NCBI GenBank assembly: GCA_000146465.1
Contig: CP001951.1
Reading direction: 5' to 3' (one strand)
DNA: 64,000 nucleotides
Positions 9,348 through 19,384 of the stretch are shown in pieces; positions within the stretch are counted from its first letter, which is position 1; the number at the start of each line of letters is the position of its first letter. The notes below the pieces were generated by a model. That model made no database searches. It was not told where the DNA came from and worked only from the letters and a program-made list of their open reading frames with translations. The position numbers were made by a program, and so were the translations under genes.

Positions 9348-11225
9348 ATGCCGCCCGAAGGTACTGATCCAGAAAGAGAAGTACCAGAAGAAAAGATAAA
9401 AGAGGAGGAAAATAAGGAGGGGCCTGGAAAAGAGGAAGAAGGAGAGAAAAAGAAGGAAGAAAAAAAAGATGATGGAGTAATAGACGATATCATTGCCAAC
9501 AACGCTGTTGATGCACCTCCTGTTGAGCCGGAAAATGAAATAATATTCACAAAGGCCAAGGTGTTTGAAGAGGAAGAGCTTTCTTTCTGGAATATAGACA
9601 GCTATTTGCACAGTAAGTTCTCCTATATCCCCGAGGTCATTAGAAGACTAATAGAAATTACCATTGTGGTATTTCTATTCATGGTTTTTCCTCTAGTTCT
9701 TTCGTTTTTGGAAGATGGAAAGGAAGTATTATACCTCCCGAAACAGGTATTTCAGAACACCGGACAAGGCCCAACATACTTATTTTTTCGGATCAACCTT
9801 TTCATATCAATGTGTTATGTGATTTACGTGGTGGTCTCTCTGTTTGCAAGTAACATACTCTATATCATGGTTGGGGTTCTAAACTTCTTTAACTACGATC
9901 TTGACGAGTACACCATAGAGATCATTCAAGTGATAAACTCGACGTCGTGGTGCTGGAAGCAATCCCTAATAGCTGCTCTGATTTTTTTGGCTGCATCAAT
10001 CACCTCCCAGCCGTATGATTTTGGAAAAAATGATGGAAGTTATAAGTACAAAGTCGTCACCATGATACTTATGTACTCTGTCTTTATATTTGTTGTGTTT
10101 CTTGAGAAATTCTTTATGTGCTTTATGATTTCAGAGATAAGAAGAAAGGAATACAGAAACAGAATATGGGATATCAATTACAAGACATTTGTGTTCAAGA
10201 AGCTTGCAGCAATTTCCGAGGTTTCTTCGTCCGAAAGGAAGGAGCTTGCAGAAACCATCCAGCCAGACTTCGATCCAGGGTTTTATTTAAAATATAACGA
10301 CTTAAAACTGAACTCGGTGGAAGCTGCAGAAATGGTTGCCGAGTCGATATTTGGATTCCTGGAAGTTCAAACGATTATATACGAAGATTTAGAGAAGTTC
10401 TTTCCCGACAATCACAAAGAAGTGTATACATACCTGGCAGACAACTCGGAAGTTAAAGATAAAGACAATCCTCCAATAACGTTTGAGGACCTTAAAGCCA
10501 AGGCAATAGCCTTGTATAAGGAGAGGACAGACATATCAAGAACTCTTCAGTCTAGAGACATTATCATAAACAAGTTAGATATAATACTGGTTGGAATTGC
10601 AATGTACTTCGGGGTTATATTAGTGATGATTCTCTTAGGAATCAACTACGAAGGGATGCTTGCGGCCATTGTTCCATCAATAGTTACCTTCAGTTGGATA
10701 TTCTCCGATACTGTCAAGGAGATATATAATTGCTTTATATTTCTTCTAGTCAACCATCCCTACGATTGTGGAGATAGGGTTGTAATCGATGGGGAAGAAC
10801 TTTATGTGTCCTCTGTTGATCTCCTATCATCCACATTCACTGGAGTGAATGGGAGACAAGTACTCATACCGACATCTACTCTGTTCAGAGCAAAGATCCA
10901 TAACATAAGAAGATCAGGAAAGCAATTTTCTGAGGTCAGCATCCTAGTAAGTAGGAAAACTTCATTTGATGCAGCACTCAGGCTTAAGGATGGAATTGCA
11001 AAAACATTTTCTGAGTCTACGAAGTCATTTTCGGGGGAGATTTATATCCGAGACTTCAGGACTGAAGGAGAAAATGTCAAGATAATTTTTGCAATACAAC
11101 ATCAGTCTAACTTCCAGGATGTTAAGAAGAAATACAGCAGAAGGGCTGAAATTGTAAATATACTAGAAAAGGAAATGAGAAGCCAGGGAATAGAGTACTT
11201 AAACTCATACAGATTCAGTGATTAG
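9348..11225 (+). CDS. MscS-like mechanosensitive ion channel with a charged N-terminal extension
   Basis: 625 aa. The Lys/Glu-rich N-terminus is followed by transmembrane segments. The MscS-family beta-domain region reads NHPYDCGDRVVIDGEELYVSSVDLLSSTFTGVNGRQVLIPTSTLFRAKIHNIRRS. ATG is verified. Confidence 0.75.
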   Translation: MPPEGTDPEREVPEEKIKEEENKEGPGKEEEGEKKKEEKKDDGVIDDIIANNAVDAPPVEPENEIIFTKAKVFEEEELSFWNIDSYLHSKFSYIPEVIRRLIEITIVVFLFMVFPLVLSFLEDGKEVLYLPKQVFQNTGQGPTYLFFRINLFISMCYVIYVVVSLFASNILYIMVGVLNFFNYDLDEYTIEIIQVINSTSWCWKQSLIAALIFLAASITSQPYDFGKNDGSYKYKVVTMILMYSVFIFVVFLEKFFMCFMISEIRRKEYRNRIWDINYKTFVFKKLAAISEVSSSERKELAETIQPDFDPGFYLKYNDLKLNSVEAAEMVAESIFGFLEVQTIIYEDLEKFFPDNHKEVYTYLADNSEVKDKDNPPITFEDLKAKAIALYKERTDISRTLQSRDIIINKLDIILVGIAMYFGVILVMILLGINYEGMLAAIVPSIVTFSWIFSDTVKEIYNCFIFLLVNHPYDCGDRVVIDGEELYVSSVDLLSSTFTGVNGRQVLIPTSTLFRAKIHNIRRSGKQFSEVSILVSRKTSFDAALRLKDGIAKTFSESTKSFSGEIYIRDFRTEGENVKIIFAIQHQSNFQDVKKKYSRRAEIVNILEKEMRSQGIEYLNSYRFSD

Positions 11226-11310
11226 TTCTAAAAATAAAATACTTTTATTAGAACAGATGAAGCGTTTTGAGTGAAGATGGATTTGGGAGGGATCGAGGAC
11301 ACAGGTGGAA

Positions 11311-11381
11311 GGCGCCATGGTCCAGTGGTACGATACGTGCTTCGGGTGCACGCGACCCGAGTTCGATTCTCGGTGGCGCCC
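11311..11381 (+). tRNA. tRNA-Pro (anticodon CGG)
   Basis: Cloverleaf folded by hand. Acceptor stem GGCGCCA pairs with TGGCGCC. Anticodon stem CGTGC/GCACG flanks a loop TTCGGGT with U33, anticodon CGG and G37. T-arm is CCGAG-TTCGATT-CTCGG. The 3-bp D-stem includes one G-U pair, and the variable loop is 4 nt. No CCA is encoded. Confidence 0.75.
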
Positions 11382-11470
11382 GAGGCTTTTTCATTTTCTT
11401 AGAATCGTATGCTTTTCGCCCGCAACAATACCTAAATGAATACTAGTTCGGTGGGAAGTCACCCCTATAA

Positions 11471-11938
11471 ATGGAGTTTGGAGACAAAGTAATTCCCTAC
11501 GATCATGTCATCATAAAGACAATGCATTCGTTTATATTCACAAACCTCAGGCCTTTTCTTCCCCTTCACATACTTGTATCTCCCATATCTAAAAAGCAGA
11601 GGATATATGAGTTAACGAATGAGGAAACATCCGACCTATTCAACACAGTAAGAGTTGCGATGTTAGGTCTCAAAGACCTATGCGATGGATTTACATTAGG
11701 TGTCCAAGATGGTTCCTGTGCTGGGCAGACGGTGTTTCATGTTCATGTCCATATAGTTCCCAGGGTAGTTAAAGATCTTGAAAGAAACGATGATATATAC
11801 GAAAAAGGCGCTTTGGATTCTGCCGACAGGCCGGCAAGGGAATACGATGAGATGAAGAAGGAAGCTGCAAAGCTTAGAAAAATCATAGGGAGAGCCTTTG
11901 ACTCTGAAGGATTATATTATCAGAACAGCTTTGAATGA
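11471..11938 (+). CDS. HNT2: FHIT/HNT2-type histidine triad dinucleoside triphosphate hydrolase
   Basis: Histidine triad HVHVHIVPR. Global resemblance to human FHIT: FGDKVIPYDHVIIKT...NLRPFLPLHILVSP, GQTVFHVHVHIVPR, RNDDIYE and EMKKEAAKLR. ATG is preceded by cacccct. Confidence 0.9.
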   Translation: MEFGDKVIPYDHVIIKTMHSFIFTNLRPFLPLHILVSPISKKQRIYELTNEETSDLFNTVRVAMLGLKDLCDGFTLGVQDGSCAGQTVFHVHVHIVPRVVKDLERNDDIYEKGALDSADRPAREYDEMKKEAAKLRKIIGRAFDSEGLYYQNSFE

Positions 11939-11987
11939 TTCTCCCATTGCTTTCTACAATAAAGTAGATTTTTATTAGGGCCCACGC

Positions 11988-12767
11988 ATGTTGGAGCTTC
12001 CCCCAGATACCAGAAAAGGCTTTTTATATCTGGTCGATAGAGAAGTCTTCTCCAAGTTCAAGGGATATGTAGATCTTGACTTCCTGTATGAAGAAGACCA
12101 TGGTGAAGTAAAAGTAGCCTCTGTCAGTGTATTAGAAGATAGTTTTATGTGGTCTGAGGGAAATGAGGAGAAGTCTGCTCTCCCAAGTGAATTTAGATGT
12201 TCCCATGGAAACGAGATAACTCATAAATCATTGAATCTTCTTCCCCAGGAGGGATGGGAAGAGTTGATAGACTGCTGGTCATGCCACAACTGCGAGTTCA
12301 GAACCATGCTAGATCTCAAACTTCGGCCTAGAGAAGGGGGTCTGCTTCTTTCCGATTTCTTTTTCCTTGTAAATGATCGAGATCTCCCAGAATGCTGTAG
12401 AAAAAATGATTCTTCTGTAAGAAAGCTGTTCTACAACGAAATTGAGCAAGAGGAATTCACCCACAGAGCTCTAATCTACTCATATATGAACCTTCATTTT
12501 CGAAACAAGAATGTTCTTTTACTTGAAGTAAACGAAAAGAAATACGAGATTAGGTACTTTTATAAGACAATGTTGGTATCTGCAAATGGGAAGAGTTTGG
12601 AGAAAAAGGAGGCAATGAAGGTAGGAATCAAAGAAACGGACAAGCTTCTGGAAGAAAATAAGAACATAAACAATTTCTATTCTAAGCTTATATGGGATGC
12701 AGTAACATTAGGCGCAGTTGGAATAACTGCCCTAGGATATGGAATTTCATTTGTAACAGAAAAGTAA
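11988..12767 (+). CDS. hypothetical tail-anchored protein with a Cys/His motif (DCWSCHNCEF)
   Basis: 259 aa. A single C-terminal transmembrane helix (AVTLGAVGITALGYGISFV) suggests a tail-anchored topology. A conserved-looking cluster CSHGNEITH...DCWSCHNCEF is present. No confident family assignment. ATG is preceded by gggcccacgc. Confidence 0.5.
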   Translation: MLELPPDTRKGFLYLVDREVFSKFKGYVDLDFLYEEDHGEVKVASVSVLEDSFMWSEGNEEKSALPSEFRCSHGNEITHKSLNLLPQEGWEELIDCWSCHNCEFRTMLDLKLRPREGGLLLSDFFFLVNDRDLPECCRKNDSSVRKLFYNEIEQEEFTHRALIYSYMNLHFRNKNVLLLEVNEKKYEIRYFYKTMLVSANGKSLEKKEAMKVGIKETDKLLEENKNINNFYSKLIWDAVTLGAVGITALGYGISFVTEK

Positions 12768-12835
12768 AATTGCTGTTAATTTATTGATTTTTGGAATCTT
12801 ACTTGGGAATAGCCCAAGACGATACTTAACGGTGC

Positions 12836-15800
12836 CTACAGCTGAAGAAGCTGATACCCGCTCTTGTTATGTTTTCTTTCGATTATACTAAGTAGTTTTC
12901 TAGCTGCACTTGAAATCTCTTTTCGGGTGCTATCCACGACAAGTGCAAAGTACGGAGAGCTTTTGACAAGGCATTTCTTGAAGTGATAGACCTTTTGGTA
13001 TAGAACTTGAAGTAATTTCAGAATAATAACTGTCTTGTCTCCTTTCATACTGTTGAGTATTAGATCGTTGGCATCCTCGATTTCTTTTGGATTGTGTCTA
13101 AGGATGCTACCAATACACCTTGCATACAGAACATCCGGATCATCACAGTAAAACAAAAAGAGAATTTCAAACATCTTTCTGTGAGGAAGACCATACTCCG
13201 AATCCCAGTATAGATAATCGGTTATAAATGATATCGCATCTTTATCCTTCTCTTCGACCAGCTTAACCATGACATCTGCATATGGCTTGAAGATTTTAAA
13301 GCAAAGAGAAAAAGATGCCTGGGATACTTGGAAGAAAACGCATCTATTTCTTTCGTAGATGATCCTTAGAAGAGATTGGATCTCTTCGTCTGCCTCAGGG
13401 TTTACCTTTAGATAAACCTCAAAGAACTTCGTAAGAAGCTTGCCTTTCAACTTCGAGACATTTGAGCCAAGGAACTTCACAACCTTTATGAGTACAGACG
13501 GTGAAACCGAAAGTCCCGAGGTATCAAGTACCTTGTGCATGAAGTCAAGATGATGTTCGTCTGGAGCGTCTACGTATGCCTTTATTGCTCCTGTCAGGAG
13601 GTATCGTGAATCAATTTCGAGCATGCAATCTTGCAGCTCAGGAAATTTCTGGAGAATGTCTTTAACGTAAGGTCCCATGATGTTTTTATGCTTCTCAAAG
13701 AGTATTCTGACAGACTCCTTCTTATGTTCTATCATGCAGGGTGCAATCATAGGTACAAACTGCAAGGAATCGAATGGAAGTTTCCTCAGAAGAATATCAA
13801 AAAGGCTACTTCGGAAACTATAATCCGAATTCTTGGCTACATCCATGAGTTTTTGGTAGTCTATGGAGGCTTCATCTTCCACAATTGTCTCGAAGAGATC
13901 GAGATCACCTTTGAAATCAGAAAAGTTGCCAAGAAAGTAGTCAAAGCAGAATTGCCGGTACTTATCATATTGCAGAACTAGTTCGGAAACAATGACCTTT
14001 ATAACATTCCATTCTCTTATCGTAGTGCATTTGATAAGATGAGGAATGTACTTACTTTGAAATAGTGCTTTGACTATTCTTTCTCCTCCAAACTCGACCA
14101 GAGAAGAAGAATATCGGATAAAATCCTCCTCATCTTTAGGAAGCAAGTTTTGTTTGGATGTTGTTTCAATGAAGTCTACCACATGTTCATTCCTTCTATT
14201 TCCAAGAATCTTACAAAACCCGTACTTTCTACACAGAGATAAAAGAGCATCATGGTGTCTTTCCACAAGACACTCGTCAATCACCTCTTCTTTATATCTG
14301 TATAGTCTATCAACCACATCGTAATTGTCTTTTGAAAATCCTTTTGTGCTCAGAATCTTTTCGCAGTTTTCTTTACTCACAACCTCAAGATGAATCCTCA
14401 GTCCTGAGTAAAAAGCCGGATAAAACCACATCTTATCTATCAACCATCCGAAGACATCGTTTATGAGTTCTTCATCCTTCACCTGCTGTAAATACCCACA
14501 CAGTGCATCCATATGTGCCTTAGATGAGAACTCCATGGCCTTCTTCAGTAGTCTTCTGCTCATCTCTACTTCAAAACCTCTGGCCTTTTCAGAGAGATAG
14601 TTCAGATAGGCCGGGTTGGTGTAAAATTCCTTTTGGATAATTATAGTTGCCAGATCTATGTTCATGAGCTTGGCTGTGTCGATGATGTTTTTCACAAAGA
14701 CATTTTCTTGGCATTCGTCCATCAATGAAAAAAGTACTTTCTCATCAAGGTAGTCCACAAAGACATTTCCATCATATTTCACATACTTCAAGCAGGTTTT
14801 CATAATCTTCATCAGATCATTCTCTACCATCTTCCGGGGCATGTTCATCACAACTATGCTGTAATTTCCTTCGGTTATAAGACTTTCCCATAACCACGGA
14901 GACTGTTCTGAAAGATATGCTTTGTCGGCATCTCCCATGTGCGGAATAAGTGTTGAGACATTCTTAGGAAACCTCTGACTAAGAAGCTTGACAAGACCCT
15001 TCTTGTCTTCCAACTCCCTAAACAGATTGATATAGTCAAAGATTTCCCCATCGAGATTCTTTTCTTCAATTCCACAAAGAGTCTTCAGAGCTCCGATCTC
15101 TATCTCATTGATCGACTTCAAAGATAGTTCTTCTCTATGGAGCCACATCACATAGTCTTTATATCTGCTGCTGTCTCTCAGAATCTGTCTGTCGTTCCCA
15201 CTATCATATATCTTCCTAAAAAGTGCACTTTCTTCATGGGGAATATCCTCTTTATGACTTACCTCTTCAAGCTTTCTTGACATCAGATATTCCTTGGCAA
15301 AATAGGGCTCCAACAACTCAACAAACTCATCAAGAACTCCCTCGACATGGTCTCTTATTTCGAAGAAAATCTTGACTGCTGCATCACTTTCTCCAGACTT
15401 GGTGAGATGGGATATCATCTCATAGAACTGCATGGAAAAGTCTTTGTCTGTATTCTTAATCCCTGAAACTATATATCCAGTTACATCAAGACAAAAGTCT
15501 TGGATATACTTGAAATGCTCAAAATATCCTACAAAGAAATCAAAAAAGTGCTTCTCTCTCAAACAAAGATTCCCAATAAACTGATACGAATAGGTTGGTT
15601 GAATTGAGAAGTAGTTGAAATCAGATCTCTGACTTATGCATAAAACCTGGCCATAGTACTTCTTAAATGGAAGAAGAAAGAAAATCATCTCCTTTGGGTT
15701 GAAAGTGTCACACATATATCTTCGGACAAGATATTCAAACAAATATTCGATATCCTTTACATTCCCATATCTGACCAATTCTTTCAAAAACTCCGAAAAT

Positions 15801-16054
15801 CCCCTGTTAAACTTTCTCTCCTCCTCCTCTGTCTGCCTCTGTCGGTCAAAAAATAGGCTTTTGGTTTTTGTGTATGGTGTTTGGATTGGAATCAGTTCAA
15901 GAATTGTTTCTTCGTCCATGTCCTCTGTATCTCCAAATCTCACTCTTCCCTTCATCTCAGAGTGAGCAGCTCTTCTGCATTTCTTCAGCCTCAGCAACTG
16001 ATCTTTTAGCGACATGAGGGCTTTTGGTATAAAATAATAACATCCTTTGAGCAT
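12836..16054 (-). CDS. large hypothetical protein (about 1070 aa), lineage-specific or highly diverged
   Basis: Uninterrupted 3.2-kb ORF with a predicted helical-repeat character. No motif that I can assign. The track start at 16060 is a TTG, and the first ATG is at 16054. Confidence 0.65.
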   Translation of the reverse strand: MLKGCYYFIPKALMSLKDQLLRLKKCRRAAHSEMKGRVRFGDTEDMDEETILELIPIQTPYTKTKSLFFDRQRQTEEEERKFNRGFSEFLKELVRYGNVKDIEYLFEYLVRRYMCDTFNPKEMIFFLLPFKKYYGQVLCISQRSDFNYFSIQPTYSYQFIGNLCLREKHFFDFFVGYFEHFKYIQDFCLDVTGYIVSGIKNTDKDFSMQFYEMISHLTKSGESDAAVKIFFEIRDHVEGVLDEFVELLEPYFAKEYLMSRKLEEVSHKEDIPHEESALFRKIYDSGNDRQILRDSSRYKDYVMWLHREELSLKSINEIEIGALKTLCGIEEKNLDGEIFDYINLFRELEDKKGLVKLLSQRFPKNVSTLIPHMGDADKAYLSEQSPWLWESLITEGNYSIVVMNMPRKMVENDLMKIMKTCLKYVKYDGNVFVDYLDEKVLFSLMDECQENVFVKNIIDTAKLMNIDLATIIIQKEFYTNPAYLNYLSEKARGFEVEMSRRLLKKAMEFSSKAHMDALCGYLQQVKDEELINDVFGWLIDKMWFYPAFYSGLRIHLEVVSKENCEKILSTKGFSKDNYDVVDRLYRYKEEVIDECLVERHHDALLSLCRKYGFCKILGNRRNEHVVDFIETTSKQNLLPKDEEDFIRYSSSLVEFGGERIVKALFQSKYIPHLIKCTTIREWNVIKVIVSELVLQYDKYRQFCFDYFLGNFSDFKGDLDLFETIVEDEASIDYQKLMDVAKNSDYSFRSSLFDILLRKLPFDSLQFVPMIAPCMIEHKKESVRILFEKHKNIMGPYVKDILQKFPELQDCMLEIDSRYLLTGAIKAYVDAPDEHHLDFMHKVLDTSGLSVSPSVLIKVVKFLGSNVSKLKGKLLTKFFEVYLKVNPEADEEIQSLLRIIYERNRCVFFQVSQASFSLCFKIFKPYADVMVKLVEEKDKDAISFITDYLYWDSEYGLPHRKMFEILFLFYCDDPDVLYARCIGSILRHNPKEIEDANDLILNSMKGDKTVIILKLLQVLYQKVYHFKKCLVKSSPYFALVVDSTRKEISSAARKLLSIIERKHNKSGYQLLQL

Positions 16055-16070
16055 ATCCAAGATAGGGAAT

Positions 16071-17216
16071 TTATTCCATCAAACATTCATAATGTCTCTC
16101 AAACGAGGAAATTCTCTTCAAATAGTATCCGGGCAATGATACTCCTTCCCGGGGCTCATAGTTGTCTTGTGGCACCGGCTCCTCAACAAGTTTCACAAAC
16201 TCCGGGTACAATATTTTTCTTCTTTCTAATAATCTTTTTTCAAATCCCGTGACAATACATCCCTGGGAGATTCTTTCCAAGCAAAACATCGAGCTGCATG
16301 TTCCAGATCCATAGGAGAACATTAAAATCTTCTCCCCAATCTTTCCATCGTGTCCGTCAAGCAAAGAGATTAACGAAAGATACAAAGAAGCCGAATATGC
16401 GTTTCCGTTCTTTCTGGATGCTTCCAAGGATTTTAGAAACTTCTTTCTATCTATGTGGTTTGCAACACACATCTTTTCAGGGAGTCTTGTGTATGGAGAG
16501 TGGAGTACAATATAATCAAAGGTTTCATCCCCCATCTTCTCCCTAAACTTCCCATAGCACACCTCAAATGCAGTCCTATAGTTCTCTATTGATTCCTTTC
16601 CCTTAACAACTGGAAATGGATGCGTCTTCCTAGGCTTCATAAAGTCAAATTGGTTTGTAAAGTAGTGAATGATGCTTGATGGAACGATTCTGTAGATGCT
16701 ATTTGGCCCCACCAGGATTGCAACTGCCCCTGCCCCTCCTGTAGGCTGGCAACGTTTATCTTTATACATGGCTACATCGGTAGCAACAACTATTGCAAGC
16801 CTTCCATCCCATAAGGATGATTCCATCCATGAAACTGCATTTAATAGTGCATTTGTTGCACTGTAGCAGGCATGTACACTATCACAACCGCATATCGATG
16901 TGTTTCCCGGGAATAGGTCTGTAAGGTACGACTTGATGGACTTGGATCCATCCGGATTGCTTTCGGTTCCGACTTCAAGTCTCCCAACGCTTTGGGGACT
17001 CAGTTTATACTTTTTCATGAGTTTACTCACTGCATTCAGAGCAAGAGAAATGGAATCTTCCCTTCTAGATGGAACCCCCATCTGTTCCAATCCTAGCCCT
17101 ATTTTGATTTTGTCAACTTCGAAGTCAATGTTATTAGCAACCTCCTCCTGGTCGATGTAGAGAGAAGGAAGTTGGTATTCAAGTCCTACAATCCCAAACA
17201 TATTCTTTGCCGGCAT
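16071..17216 (-). CDS. ERG13: hydroxymethylglutaryl-CoA synthase
   Basis: Matches HMGCS across the active-site region: GRLEVGTESNPDGSKSIKS, NTSICGCDSVHACYSATNALLNAVSWMESSLWDGRLAIVVATDVAMY and PTGGAGAVAILVGPN. ATG is preceded by ggccctacccc. Confidence 0.9.
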   Translation of the reverse strand: MPAKNMFGIVGLEYQLPSLYIDQEEVANNIDFEVDKIKIGLGLEQMGVPSRREDSISLALNAVSKLMKKYKLSPQSVGRLEVGTESNPDGSKSIKSYLTDLFPGNTSICGCDSVHACYSATNALLNAVSWMESSLWDGRLAIVVATDVAMYKDKRCQPTGGAGAVAILVGPNSIYRIVPSSIIHYFTNQFDFMKPRKTHPFPVVKGKESIENYRTAFEVCYGKFREKMGDETFDYIVLHSPYTRLPEKMCVANHIDRKKFLKSLEASRKNGNAYSASLYLSLISLLDGHDGKIGEKILMFSYGSGTCSSMFCLERISQGCIVTGFEKRLLERRKILYPEFVKLVEEPVPQDNYEPREGVSLPGYYLKRISSFERHYECLME

Positions 17217-17433
17217 CTTCGGGGTAGGGCCATTCTGTATTTCAATAAGGTCTTCATTTACGGTTTTACGGTGGAATTAAAATGAGAAAGGCTTTTGAAG
17301 AGGCAAGAGAAATACTTGTTTGCTATAATAATGTTTTTAGTAAAAGTTGTGGAACGTCCTTCGTATTTGTATGCTGCCATTTTCTGTTTATATTCTATGA
17401 ATATAAATACAACTGGAAGCATATCATACACTT

Positions 17434-19065
17434 CTAGAACTCGTCTAACTCAATGTAGGTATTTTTCTCAACCGACGTCTGAAACTTTCCGTTCAGGTAT
17501 TTCACGATGAAACACCAAATCACAATTATGATTCCAACCAGTAATCCCAACACACCCGAGACAATACGGATGTCGGTTATATCCCATATCCCCGTCATGA
17601 CAGTGCACATTACAGATCCCAAGGACTTTCCAAGTTTTCCACAAAGTCCATCGTAAATGGCCTTGTACTTTGCCCTGTATAGAGGATCTATTTGCATTGA
17701 GATCGCCTCCTTCGAAACATCTGCTCCAAGGTACTTCCCTATCTTTAAAGATGCATTTGTTATAAGTCCAAGGGTGTTTTCAAGAAAAAATACAGGTTGC
17801 TTTCCTTTGAAAAAGGACTTAAATAGTCCACTCTTCCCCGAATACACTCCTACGTTGTAGAAGGCAATAAGAAACACAGAAAAGAACGAGAACACAACCA
17901 CAGCTATGGGAATCGAAGCCACATACTTCCAATACCCCATCTTAATCAAAGCAGAATAGGGGGTGTTGATGACAATAAGAAGAGTCATCGCAATAATTAT
18001 CTGCTCCGAACCATTATAGAAGTTTGAGAATGTTTCCTTCGAGTTGTTTGTATATTTTGCTCCTGCTGCCAATCCACTTTTGAATGTTGCTTCTATTAGT
18101 GTAGAAGACACTCCATAAAGAAGCACGTTTAAGGATATAGCTACAAGTAACTTTGATTTGGATAAGCTCTTCCCAGCTTCTTTTAGTTTGAGTTCCTTTT
18201 GTTTCACGGGCGTCTCTTTTATTTCCTTAATAAGAAACACAGGCACAGGGAGGATTTTCTTTTCTATGTACTTCTTCAATACAAGAACCCCAATCACTCC
18301 AAAAGCCAGCAGTAAAATTAGTATTTCAAATCCTAGCTCCTTCGTCTCAAACACAACGCTATCTCTCCACCTGTTGAATATCAATGTAAAAACAGCAGAC
18401 AGAAAGATCGAAATTGCATTTGATATGTTATAGACTGTTATGTATCTCTGGGATTGCCTTCTTGTTGAAATCTCGTTTGTAAAGACGTTGAAGAAGTACG
18501 ACACCACAAGAGCTCCCCACATTTCCGAACACAGAAAGAGAAATGAAGATGTCCATTCGTTGAAAACTAAAAACACAGGATATAAGAAGTGAATTCTTAA
18601 AGACTCCATTTTTCCGTCTCCGAAGATGTCTCTTGACCAGTAAAAGTCTTTTTGTATATATGCTTTAAATGGCCACATGACCAGTCCAAAGAAAAAATAG
18701 CACCCGGAGAAGAGAATCAGAGTGATATCGAACATTTTGGATGGGTTGAAGAAGTTCAGCCCAAAGTGAATGGCCCAGACAAAAATCAGAGAACAAGGAG
18801 GAAGAAAAATCGACTTGATGAAAAACATGGACATGGGATCTTGTCTTCCCATAAGGACCATTTCTCTTAAGTTTCCCATTATCGTATGCACCATTGTTAT
18901 AACTCCGAATAGAAGTGACAAGTAGAGAACCCTGGGCCACTCGTTTCTTGCTATTCTTATGTGTTTGAAGAACCCTGTCTTCTTGTAGACCTCCTCTTCC
19001 AGCTCCTCTTCTGTTCTAAAGAGGCAAGAGTTCTTAGGAGATGTTGATGGCTGAATATAGCTCAT
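17434..19065 (-). CDS. NTT: ATP/ADP nucleotide transporter (NTT, TLC family), paralog B
   Basis: 543 aa with the core FLVFNEWTSSFLFLCSEMWGALVVSYFF and SRDIFGDGKM. It sits beside HMGCS, in the position of E. cuniculi NTT3 (from memory). ATG is verified. Confidence 0.9.
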   Translation of the reverse strand: MSYIQPSTSPKNSCLFRTEEELEEEVYKKTGFFKHIRIARNEWPRVLYLSLLFGVITMVHTIMGNLREMVLMGRQDPMSMFFIKSIFLPPCSLIFVWAIHFGLNFFNPSKMFDITLILFSGCYFFFGLVMWPFKAYIQKDFYWSRDIFGDGKMESLRIHFLYPVFLVFNEWTSSFLFLCSEMWGALVVSYFFNVFTNEISTRRQSQRYITVYNISNAISIFLSAVFTLIFNRWRDSVVFETKELGFEILILLLAFGVIGVLVLKKYIEKKILPVPVFLIKEIKETPVKQKELKLKEAGKSLSKSKLLVAISLNVLLYGVSSTLIEATFKSGLAAGAKYTNNSKETFSNFYNGSEQIIIAMTLLIVINTPYSALIKMGYWKYVASIPIAVVVFSFFSVFLIAFYNVGVYSGKSGLFKSFFKGKQPVFFLENTLGLITNASLKIGKYLGADVSKEAISMQIDPLYRAKYKAIYDGLCGKLGKSLGSVMCTVMTGIWDITDIRIVSGVLGLLVGIIIVIWCFIVKYLNGKFQTSVEKNTYIELDEF

Positions 19066-19384
19066 TTAGGGTTGTGCAAGCCGTTAATAAAAATTGATTA
19101 AAAATCGAAAGATTCTCTGGATGGGCTTGAATTTGGACAAGGGCCGCTTATCTTGGGATTGGAGAGCCTCCAATTTAATTTGTTCTTTCAAATAAAGTAA
19201 TTGCTTTATATGGCTACTTAATAATAGTCTTTGGCACTTGCTTCTAGAGTTTCCGATAGTAGTGCAATGGAAAATTTCTTGTAGTCTCAAGAAACAAAGA
19301 TTTTAACGTTACCCAGGTGCTGGGTATAAGACCATCTATCTATGTTCAGGATATTTTAATCCGAGAAATGTCCATCCTGATAAA

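Noticed and set aside
9348-9540. Lys/Glu-rich repeat-like stretch at the 5-prime end of the MscS-like gene, as a possible nucleotide repeat or mobile-element remnant
   Set aside because: The repetition is at the amino-acid composition level (GAA/AAG-rich codons) and stays in frame with the channel domain. There are no direct or inverted repeat boundaries.
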